Shown here one piece after another: positions 11,074 through 23,000 of a stretch of 64,000 nt of DNA (its first letter is position 1; every line of letters starts with the position of its first letter). Under the pieces are notes generated by a model that was not told where the DNA came from, made no database searches, and saw nothing but the letters and a program-made list of their open reading frames with translations. This DNA is from Podarcis muralis. Its lineage: Eukaryota. The translations under genes were made by a program, and so were the position numbers. Where the stretch lies: contig NC_135673.1 of NCBI RefSeq assembly GCF_964188315.1, forward strand, positions 20,088,001 through 20,152,000, given 5' to 3'.

Positions 11074-14000
11074 CTAAGGAGGGAAGAAGAAAGGAGAGGC
11101 TGAACATGTGCAGAAGGACAAGAAAGGAGGAGGACCTCATAGAATAGTAGAAGTGTAGGGCTGGGAAGATCCACCCAAGGTAATCTAGTTCAACTCACGG
11201 GCAAGACCAAGGTGAGATGACGTGGACCCCTCAGGGTACATATGTTACTCTTTCTTTAATTATGCTATTTTAAATGTGCATTTTATATTTGACTTCCTTT
11301 AGTAATGTTTTCTTTTGAATTTTTTCTCTTAACTGTGCAGAGTTAAATGTGCATTCCATAGCTGACATCTTTGTAATGTTTAAGATTATATTTTCATATC
11401 CTATTAATTACATTGGTTTGAATGTATAATTTAATATATGACTTCCTTAAGTAATGTTTTATTCTGCATTGTTTTATTTTATGTTTTAATGTGTTGTGAA
11501 CCGCTTTTAGAATTTTTTTCTTTATAAATATAAAACCGTATAGAAATAAAATGGTTAATAATAATACTACATAGGAAACCACCTTAGACCAAATCAGGCC
11601 CTTGGTCCATTAAGCTCAGGATTGCCTACACTGACTGGCAGAAGCTCTGCATGGTTTCAGGCAAGGGGACTGTTTCCCAGTCTTATCCAGACATGCCGGC
11701 AGAGATTGAACCCAGGACCTTCTGCATGCAGAGCAGATGCTCTACCACTGAGCTACAGCCTTTCCCCAATGATATACAAACTATGAACCCCATGATGCAA
11801 TGAGAGATTTCAGAGTACAAAACCCATGATGCAGTGAGAGACTACAGACTACAGTGAGCCATAATGCAGTGAGCTACAGCTATTCCGTATGTGGGTATGG
11901 GAGGGTCAGGCAGCGGTGGAGCATATGCCCATGCTGTGCGGGGCAGTCAGGTGGGGCACACCCCCTGAGCGGAGCGTGGTGGGCCCCCTCCATGAGCCAC
12001 AGTTCAGGGTTAGGAGAGGGGTGGGGAAGCGACTGCCAACTCTCCCCCTGCTCTCTGCCACTGGGTCGGGCCTGACCCGGCAACGAATGTGCCGGGCGCA
12101 CCTCGCCACAGCTAAGGTGGGATGCTCTCCACTGCCAGGTCAGAAGTGACCCAGCGGCAGAGCTGCTGCTGTTGGGCGCGAGGTGTGCCATGGCCGAGGA
12201 GGGTGAGGAGGTTTTGCAGCTCTGCCATCCACTTGTCTGCTTTCCTCCCCCAGATCAAGCCTGACTGGGAGGGGGGGGGAGGCAGAACTGCACCAGGCAC
12301 AATTGCTGCAGCCAAGGCGGTGTTCCTTCTGGTGTGGAGCCAGGCTATTATGAAGAAGCCTGCTGTGAGGGCTCCTGTTTGCGCCCCCTCTCAAAATTGC
12401 CCCTGGGTCCAGGGCGCCCATGGTCCCATCCCCCCATGCTATGCCTCTGGGGTCAGGAAATACTCACTGACAGTGGTGACTGGTCTGGGGAAAGGAAGGA
12501 GTCCCCAGGAACGGGCAGAGGAAAATCCCCTTCCATAAAAAAAGCAGGGGGAGAAGCCCAGGATCTTTCTGAATCTGTCCTGGATTCTCCGCATCCAGCT
12601 CCCCTCCTTGAAGAGAACCTGCTGGAAAAGGTCATTCTCCCCAAAGGAGAAAGCAGGAACCAGATGGGCCCTGGAGGAAAGGAAGCATGGAGGGATGTTA
12701 AGACAGAAACCACCTGAAAACAATCACATACACAACAAGACAATGACAAAAATCCACCAACAGCATACAAATCAATATGGCTAACCTGATCCAAAACACC
12801 CACCCACTCACACATGAAAACGAAGATCACCACAGCCAACCACAAATGAACAACCACACCCTAGGCCCACCCCAACCTCTCTCACCACCAAAGGAACACA
12901 AGTGATCAGCACAGAACCTGCACAAGCAACGCTGACACAAAACCCCACATATATTAAGTATAATAGAAACATTGCCACCTGACCCAACCCTCACCCCCTT
13001 TCCCCTTCTTTTTCTAAATGTCTCAACAAATGAAACTGATCTGTAAAAATGTTACTTGGAGGGGGGGGGGAGAGAGAGGGAGACATTGCACATACTTTTG
13101 TAAACTAAGAAAATCTTTTTTAAAAATACATTTAAAAAAACAACAAAAATAAATCATGAGAAAACACGAGATTGTGATTCTTAAACAGCAAGGGGGTAAA
13201 CTAGTTGACTCTTAAGCTCCCTTCCAACTCTACAGTTCTATGATTCTATGATCAAGAGCCCCCTGCCCCAGGAATAAAGAGCTCCCCTCAGAAATTTAAA
13301 ACACAAGAAGATGAAAAGAGTGTGGCTGCTAGATCAGGCCAAATGGGGCTCATCTACATCCAGCATCCTGTTTTCACAGTGACCAAATGCCACTTTGAGA
13401 ACAGAATGGCCACAGTAGCCAAATACCATAAGGAATCAAAATAGACTGCCTCTGGGCCTGAAGGTTCCGGAAGAGCTCTGCTGGATCAGGCCAGTGGTCC
13501 ATCTAAGTCCAGCATCCTCTTCTCACAGTGACCAACCAGGTACCTGTTATTTGCAGCAAGGGTCTGGAAACCAAGCCTTGTGAGGAATGATGGAGGGAGT
13601 TGGGGATGTTTAGCCTGGAGATGATAAAGAGGTGCCATGATAGCCATCTTCAAATATCGAAGATGGAGCAAGCTTGTTTTCGGCGGCTCTAGAGGGGAGG
13701 ACCTGAACCAATGGGTTCAAATGACAAGAAAGAAGATTCCGACTCAACATTGGGAAGAACCTTCTGGTGGTGAGAGTCGTTCAACAGTGGGACGGACTCC
13801 CTTGGAAGGTGGTGGACTCTCCTTCCTTAGAACCTTTTATACAGAGGTTGGATTGCTGTCTGCAGTGCCAGATTTATGTATAAGCTAAACAAGCTTTAGC
13901 TTAGGGCCCCACTCTCGAGGGCCCCCAAAAAACTTCAAAGGGAAAAAAAACCCTGGATGTACATTTTCAAAATATAAGTTTAAAAACAAATAAAATAAAA

Positions 14001-17000
14001 CCTACATACAGTGTGATACATACAGTGTATGGACCTATTGTTGTTGTTTAGTCGTTTAGTCGTGTCCGACTCTTCGTGACCCCATGGACCAGAGCACGCC
14101 AGGCACTCCTGTCTTCCACCGCCTCCCGCAGTTTGGTCAGGCTCATGTTTGTAGCTTCGAGAACACTATCCAGCCATCTCATCCTCTGTCGTCCCCTTCT
14201 CCTTGTGCCCTCCATCTTTCCCAACATCAGGGTCTTTTCCAGGGAGTCTTCTCTTCTCATGAGGTGGCCAAAGTATTGGAGCCTCAGCTTCACGATCTGT
14301 CCTTCCAGTGAGCACTCAGGGCTGATTTCCTTAAGAATGGATGCGTTTGATCTTCTTGCAGTCCATGGGACTCTCAAGAGTCTCCTCCAGCACCATAATT
14401 CAAAAGCATCAATTCTTCGGCGATCAGCCTTCTTTATGGTCCAGCTCTCACTTCCATACATCACTACTGGGAAAACCATGGCTTTAACTATACGGACCTT
14501 TGTTGGTAAGGTGATGTCTCTACTTTTTAAGATGTTGTCTAGATTTGCCATCGCCTTTCTCCCAAGGAGCAGGCGTCTTTTAATTTCGTGACTGCTGTCA
14601 CCATCTGCAGTGATCATGGAGCCCAAGAAAATAAAATCTCTCACTGCCTCCATTTCTTCCCCTTCTATTTGCCAGGAGGTGATGGGACCAGTGGCCATGA
14701 TCTTCGTTTTTTTGATGTTGAGCTTCAGACCATATTTTGCGCTCTCCTCTTTCACCCTCATTAAAAGGTTCTTTAATTCCTCCTCACTTTCTGCCATCAA
14801 GGTTGTGTCATCTGCATATCTGAGGTTGTTGATATTTCTTCCGGCGATCTTAATTCCGGCTTGGGATTCATCCAGCCCAGCCTTTCGCATGATGAATTCT
14901 GCATATAAGTTAAATAAGCAGGGGGACAATATACAGCCTTGTCGTACTCCTTTCCCAATTTTGAACCAATCAGTTGTTCCATATCCAGTTCTAACTGTAG
15001 CTTCTTGTCCCACATAGAGATTTCTCAGGAGACAGATGAGGTGATCAGGCACTCCCATTTCTTTAAGAACTTGCCATAGTTTGCTGTGGTCAACACAGTC
15101 AAAGGCTTTTGCATAGTCAATGAAGCAGAAGTAGATGTCTTTCTGGAACTCTCTAGCTTTCTCCATAATCCAGTGCATGTTTGCAATTTGGTCTCTGGTT
15201 CCTCTGCCTCTTCTAAATCCAGCTTGCACTTCTGGGAGTTCTCGGTCCACATACTGCTTAAGCCTGCCTTGTAGAATTTTAAGCATAACCTTGCTAGCGT
15301 GTGAAATGAGTGCAATTGTGCGGTAGTTGGAGCATTCTTTGGCACTGCCCTTCTTTGGGATTGGGATGTAGACTGATCTTCTCCAATCTTCTGGCCACTG
15401 CTGAGTTTTCCAAATTTGCTGGCATATTGAGTGTAGCACCTTAACAGCATCATCTTTTAAAATTTTAAATAATTCAGCTGGAATATCATCACTTCCACTG
15501 GCCTTGTTATTAGCGATGCTTTCTAAGGCCCATTTGACTTCACTTTCCAGGATGTCTGGCTCAAGGTCAGCAACCACACTACCTGGGGTATACGAGACAT
15601 CAATTTCTTTCTGGTACAGTTCCTCTGTGTATTCTTGCCACCTCTTCTTGATGTCTTCTGCTTCTGTTAGGTCCTTTCCACTTTTGTCTTTTATTATGGA
15701 AATCTTTGTACAAAATGTTCCTTTCATATCTCCAATTTTCTTGAACAGATCTCTGGTTCTTCCCATTCTATTGTTTTCCTCTATTTCTTTGCATTGCTTG
15801 TTTAAGAAGGCCTTCTTGTCTCACCTTGCTATTTTTTGGAAATCTGCATTCAATTTCCTGTATCTTTCACTATCTCCCTCACATTTTGCTTGCCTTCTCT
15901 CCCCCGCTATTTGTAAGGCCTCGTTGGACAGCCACTTTGCTTTCTTGCATTTCCTTTTCATTGGTATGGTTTTAGTTGCTGCCTCTTGTATAATGTTACG
16001 AGCCTCCATCCATAGTTCTTCAGGCACTCTGTCCACCAAATCTAAATCCTTAAACCTGTTCCTCACTTCCACTGTGTATTCATAAGGGATTTGACTTAGA
16101 TTGTATCTTACCGGCCCAGTGGTTTTTCCTACTTTCTTCAGTTTAAGCTTGAATTTTGCTATAAGAAGCTGATGATCTGAGCCACAGTCAGCTCCAGGTC
16201 TTGTTTTTGCTGACTGTATAGAGCTTCTCCATCTTTGGCTGCAGAGAATATAATCAATCTGATTTCGATGCTGCCCATCTGGTGATGTCCATGTGTAGAG
16301 TCGTCTCTTGTGTTGTTGGAAAAGCGTGTTTGTGATGACCAGCTTGTTCTCTTGACAGAACTCTATTAGCCTTTGCCCTGCTTCGTTTTGAACTCCAAGG
16401 CCAAACTTGCCAGTTGTTCCTTTTATCTCTTGATTCCCTACTTTAGCATTCCAATCCCCTATTATGAGCAGAACATCCTTCTTTGGTGTCATTTCTATAA
16501 GGTCTTGTAAGTCTTCATAGAATTGGTCAATTTCAGTTTCTTCAGCACCAGTAGTTGGTGCATAAACTTGGATTACTGTGATGTTAAAAGGTCTGCCTTG
16601 GATTCGTATCGAGATCATTCTATCATTTTTGAGATTGCATCCCAGTACAGCTTTCACCACTCTTTTGTTGACTATGAGGGCCACTCCATTTCTTTTACGG
16701 GTTTCTTGTCCACAGTAGTAGATATGATAGTCATCCGAACTGAATTCGCCCATTCTCGTCCATTTTAGTTCACTGATGCCCAAGATGTCAATATTTATTC
16801 TTGCCATCTCATTTTTGACCACCTCCAACTTACCCAGGTTCATGGTTCTTACATTCCAGGTTCCTATGCAATATTTTTCTTTACAGCATTGGACTTTCCT
16901 TTCGCTTCCATGCATATCCGCAACTGAGCGTCCTTTCGGCTTTGGCCCAGCCGCTTCATCAGCTCTGGATCTACTTGTACTTGTCCTCCGCTCTTCCCCA

Positions 17001-20000
17001 GTAGCATGTTGGACGCCTTCCGACCTGAGGGGCTCATCTTCCAGCGTCATAACTTTTATATGCCTGTTGTCTTTGTCCATGGAGTTTTCTTGGCAGGGAT
17101 ACTGGAGTGGCTTGCCAGTTCCTGCTCCAGGTGGATCACGTTTGGTCAAAACTCTCCACTATGACCTGTCCATCTTGGGTGGCCCTGCACGGCATAGCTC
17201 ATAGCTTCTCTGAGTTATTCAAGCCCCTTCGCCACGGCAAGGCAGTGATCCATGAAGGAGATGGACCTATTAGGTTCATAAATTACCATATAGAATATAT
17301 TCAACAACAAAAAACAACAGGGACAATTTGTTGTTGACAAAGGACAGCTGGACATATAAAGGGCCCCATTACTTTCAGTAGCTTAGGGCCTCATCAAACC
17401 TAAATTTGGCCCTGGCTGTCTGCCAGGAATTCTTGCAACTGTAACTCTTGCATTTCAAGGAGTTGGGCTAAATGTCCCTTAGGAGACCCTCCTATGATTG
17501 TGTGCAGGAGCTACCCACAACTACAACAACCATGATAGCTTCCTTGACCCTCCAGAATCAAAATACACGTGCTGCTGAATATTGCTGCCAGAGTTTCATA
17601 GAAACATAGAATTGTAGAGTTGGAAGGAACGTAACGGGTTGCCTAGTCCAAACCAGGGGCCACTGGTTGGCCAGTGTGGTACCTTTCTTCTGATTCATCT
17701 GAAGGGCTCTTCAAATGCCATTGGCATCTTAAGTCTCTGGCCCTCCTGGGGACTCTCTGCCACCTGTCAGCTAGGAAAGGAATTCAATGTTCAACTGGTG
17801 GTACGCACCCATGTCGGAGCGCCATCCGAACAAACCCCTTGCGCTCACTCAGGATCAGCGTTGTCACTCCTGGCCGACAGGAGAGGGCCTCTGCTGCACC
17901 ACCAACTACAATCGCTACAGCATTCCCAGTCCCATTCCGGGATATGAGGTATTCTATTGCCTTACGGGTCACAGGGAAGAGACCTAAAGGGCCAGAGAAT
18001 CAGAAGAGAGTTAGAAGTTGTCGTAATCCCCTCCAACTTGCAGGGCTGTTGCATGTCCAAATCATTTCTTCAGCTTTTTAGACCTAAAGGGCTGACGATA
18101 TAATAAAGAGACATCTGCACAGGGAATCAAATCATAGAATTGCAGGGTTGGAAGGGACCATCAAGAGTCATGTAGTCCGATCCCATGCAATGCAAGAATC
18201 ACAACTAAAGCATCCATGACAGATGTCCCTCCAACCTCTGATAAAAACCTCCAAGGAAGGAGAGTCCATCACTTTTCAGGGGAGTCCGTTCCACTGTTGA
18301 ACAGCTCTTACTGTCAGAAAATTACTTCTGATATCTCCTTTCATGTAACCTGAATCCATAGGTTCATCCCACACTCTGAAGCAGCAGAAAACAAGCTTGC
18401 TACATCTTCAATTGGGCAACCCTTTAGATATTTGAAGATGACTCTCATGTCACCTCTAGGTCTCCTCTTCTCCAAGCTAAGCATCCCCAACTCCCTCACC
18501 TGTTCCTGACAAGGCTTGGTTTTCAGACCTTTTATCATCTTGGTTACCTCTCTCTGCATGCATTCCAGCTTGTCAATATCATTCTGCCCTGAACTGGACA
18601 CAGTATTCCAGTTGTGGTCTGCCCAAGGCAGAATACAGTGGTATTATTCCTTCCCTTGACCTTGACACTAGATTTCTGTTGATGCAGCCTAGAATAGCAT
18701 TAGCTTTTTTGCTACTGCATCACACTATTGACTCATTTTCAGCTTGTGGTCTACGAAGATCCCTAGATCCTTTTCTCATGTACTATTGGCTAGCCAGGTG
18801 TCCCCCATATTTTATTTATGCAGCTGGTTCTTCCTGCCTAAGTGTAGACCAGAGCTTTCCAAACTGTGTGTCATGACACATTAGTGTGTCAGCTGCAGTG
18901 TGTAGGCGTGTCACACGAAGGCTTCCTATACTCCTCCCAGGGCTGGAAAGGGGTTAGTTTAACATCCAATTTGCTAGTAAAACTGAATAACTGTGTTGCG
19001 AAATGATGCATGTCTAAAAAGTGTGTCACCAACACGAAAATTTTGGAAAGTTCTGGTTTAGATCCTTACTTTCGTCCCTATTGAAATTAAATTTGTTAGT
19101 TTGCGCACAGTCCTCAGATCTGTTAAGGTCATCCTGAATCCTGATCCTGTCTTCTGCAGTATTTGCTACCCCTACCAGTTTGGTGACATCTGCAAATTGG
19201 ATGAATATCCCCTCAATTCCTTAATCCAAGTCATTTTTACAAATATGTTGAACAACAGGGCCCAGAACAGAACCCTACAGCACCCGACTTGTCACCTTTT
19301 TCCAGGATCTCAATGGAGACAGCACAGAAGAAGACACTCACCCCCACTCATTAGGTATTCCCTGAAGACAGGCAATCGGAAGTTGCCAGCCAGTGTGGCC
19401 AGGAAGGGATTGATCCCAGGAAACTTTTCATGGAAGCCGGTGGCTCGAGTGACAAGGTTGCCGAAAGCTCCAACACAGAGGATCCCATGCGGGTGGATCC
19501 CAATGATGTAGTTGTGGCTGGGGAGCAGGTCATGAGTCTTCACCAGCTGAATGATATTAAAGAATGATATTGACAAACTCAACCAAGTGTTCTTAGTACA
19601 CCAAAAGCTTAACATGCGTCAACAGTGTGATGCAGCAGCAAAAATGGCTAATGCAGTTCTAGGCTACTTCATCAGAAGTCTAGTGTCCATATCAAGGGAA
19701 GTCATGCAACCACTTTATTCTGCCTTGGTCAGACCACACTTGGAGTCCTGTGTCCAGTTCTGAGCATCTCAGTTTAAGGAGAATATGAAGAAGGTGGGAG
19801 GTGTGCAGAGGAGGACAACTAAGATGGCCTGGAAACCAAGCCTTATGAGGAATGGTTGAGGGAATTGGGTATATTTAGCCTAGAGAAAATGAGAATTAGA
19901 GGGAACATGAGAGCCATCTTCAAATATCTGAAGGACTGTTGTATGGAAGACTAAGGCAGCTTGTGTGCTGCTGCTCTGGAGGGAAGGATCCTGATGGATT

Positions 20001-23000
20001 CAAAGGGCAATAAACAATAATTCAGACTAAATAATTTTCTGAGGGTAACAGCCATTTGCAATGGAACAGACTCGCTCAGAAGGTGATAGGCTCTTCTTCA
20101 CTGGAAGTTTTTAAGCAGAGGTTGGAAGGCCACCTGTCGGGGATTCTTGACCTGTGATGCCTGCGTTGCAGGCAGTTTGACTATATGAGTCATGGGGCCC
20201 TTCCAAGTCTATGGTTCTATGATTCTATGGCTTGCAGCCTCGCCACAGCTGGGAGGACCCAGAAGCACCCTTGTACCACACACTGGTGCTTACCTGAATC
20301 GGAAAATAATCTCGGAAGTAATTCCAGATGGACCAGTTCCGGACCCAAGTAGAACTTCTCCCACCTGCAGAAATGGGAAGACAGATTTATTCTAGCCTCT
20401 GAGTGCCCTTGCAGCCAAGAGTTATAGAAGATGAGAATGACTCTAGGAAAAGAAGGAAAAATTAAGGGGGGGGGCAGGAACCAGTGTAGATTGGAAACAC
20501 AAGTCTGCTGTCCAGCAATTGCTGCCACTGACCCCTCCATCTGGGTCTGCTGCAGGTGTCTCAAATTTGGTCTGGGAGGGACTTCCTAAAAAGCAAATGG
20601 TTTATGGCCTTTATTTAATTCATTAAAATTTGCACCGTTTGATTGTTAAAACAAAACAAGCCCTCCTCAAAGTGGTTTACAGAGAGAACCCAATAATTAA
20701 ACCATTGGTTAAAACAGCTGAAAGCAAGTATTTAAAACATTCTAACAATTAAAAAAAAATCAGAAATAAGCTAAAACCAGATTAAAACATATATTAATGT
20801 TCTACATGTCTGGGTAGGCTTACCTAAACAAAAATGTTTTTAGCAGGCACTGAAAAAGGTACAGGGAAGGCACCTGCCTGATGTCAATAGGCAGGGAGTT
20901 CCAAAGTGTAGGAGCTACTACACTAATAGACTGATTTCTTTAAAATGTGGGACTGGGATTATGGGGCACCTGTAATGGTGTCAGTTCTGTGCATCAAAGC
21001 AGTCAAGAGGGCTCATATGGGGCAAAACGATCTCTCAGGTAAACTGGTCCTGAGTTTCTAAGCCTTTCTAAACCAGGTCATACTTCATACCTCCCACCAC
21101 CAATTTGTAAATATATAATCACTGTTGTGTCAATGAAGGTAAAGTCCACCACAGCTATGTGCCTGCCTTTCCAAGTAGCCCAGTGATGCATTGCAGGGGG
21201 CTGGACTAGATGACCCTCTGGAGACCCTTTGCAACTCTCCATGATTCTGTGAAAACAGATCTTCATTTTGGGGGCATCTGGTTGGCCACTGTGGGAAAAG
21301 AATGCTGGAATGCAAGGGTCATTGCCATGATGCAGCAAGCTCTTCTTGTGTTCTTATGAGTGTCATCCAAAGGAAACCAAACACAGATAGTCCTGCCTGC
21401 CCCTGGACCTGTTCACAGGGTCACAGAATCACACAGAGATGGAAGAGATCTGAAAGGGTCATCTAGTCCAAACACCTGTGATGCAGGAACCACTACAAAA
21501 GTTTGCTTTGCCCCTTCTCTTGCAGAAATGTCACGTTCTGCAGCCTGCCACACAAGAGAGAGCTGCTCTTGTGGGATTCCTCTCTTTGTTGTCAGGTGTG
21601 ATACTTAGACCTCTGAGGAGTGACGTTGGATGGACTTTGGGTTTGTGACAAAGCTGGGCAAACATTATGGGCTAGGCTGGGAGTACTGTCAAGGAACGCA
21701 CAGAGTGTTTGCAGTCATGTGGCTGAAACAAACCTCCTGCTAACCTGGTTTCCCTTTTTCCTATCAGTGGGAATAGTCATTCCAACATCTCAGATACAAA
21801 GGTGATTCTCGAGTCGTTCATCACAGAATCACAGAATTGTAGAATTCCATTTTTCATCCACAGTGTACAGAAAACATTAGCTGAGGCAATTCTCCATCAT
21901 GGAAGCATTAGGAATAACTTTCTGAGGGTAAGAATCATTCAACAGTGGAATGGGCTCCCATGGACTCTCCTTCCTTGGAGTCCTTTAAGCAGCTGGTCGG
22001 GCGGCCATCTGTCAGGGATTCTTCAGCTGTGATTCCTACATTGCAGGCAGCTGGTCACTACATGATCCTAGAGGTCCCTTCCAACTCTACATAATTCTAT
22101 GATTTCATGGACCTGTGAAAGCAGGGTCCAAAGGGTACTACTGTAGCAACCAGCCTCAGTTAATGTTCAAGGAGAACAAAATGCCCAAAGACAAATGCAC
22201 ACACAAAAATAAGAGCTGTACCTTCAAACAAAATCCCTCTAAACAACCAGGATGCTTCTTCACTCACCATTCTCAGGTGTATTCCAATCATAGATAAGCC
22301 AAGCCAGGTAGAGAGCAGAAATGGGCCAGAAACTGGTGAAAGCCAGATAGATAAGGAGAATCAGGGAAACCATCCCTGAGGGAGAGGAAGAAAAAAAATA
22401 ACTTATTTAGCTCAGTTAAAGCCACTTTATTAATTTATTTATTGCATTTATATCCCATGTGTTATGTGAGACCTTTAGCTAAAAGAAGGCTGCAAGCAGC
22501 AGCTGAGACACAGAGACATATTTGATTTCTGCTAGAATCCATGGCTGTGAGTAAGGAAGAGGCAAGACTTTCTGAGGTGTTAATGCTTGTGGTCAGGTTG
22601 TATATATGTGTAAATAAACCATATAGCCAAATGACACCACAGTCTCTGCTGTCCCTCATTCCAAGGAAACTGAACCCTAGGTAAGTGCTTGGAACACCTG
22701 GAATTTTGCTTTGCTCAGAGAGGCTTGTAACAATACATACATGCATACATTTACACATTTACACATTTAAATATTCATTCATTCATTCATTCATTCATTT
22801 TTTCCATTCAATCATTCATTCATTCATTTGTATACTTACTTACTTCGAACTCTGAATGGCTCAGGGCTCCTTTGAGAGCCAAACTGGTATAATGGTTAGA
22901 GAGCTGGGCTAAGACCCAGAGAGCCGGGTTCTAGTCCCCTGCTCAGCCACAAAGCTCTCTGAATGTGACCTTGGGTAAGTCACCATCTCTCAGCACAGCC

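Noticed and set aside
11690-11762. tRNA-Ala-like sequence as a tRNA gene
   Set aside because: It continues into a SINE body shared with 39963-40137, and no Pol III terminator or clean acceptor stem follows.
11854-12857. Cluster of GC-rich ORFs as an extra gene
   Set aside because: Only 12468-12670 (DGAT2-like exon 7) has homology and splice sites; the rest is low-information intronic sequence.
14048-17149. Two separate genes, or a programmed frameshift or read-through, in BovB
   Set aside because: Both parts are in the same frame, and RTE elements have one ORF. A single nonsense change is the simplest explanation, and nothing indicates recoding.
14076-17337. Plus-strand ORFs within the BovB span (171, 135, 193, 142 aa)
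   Set aside because: Antisense shadows of the LINE ORF.
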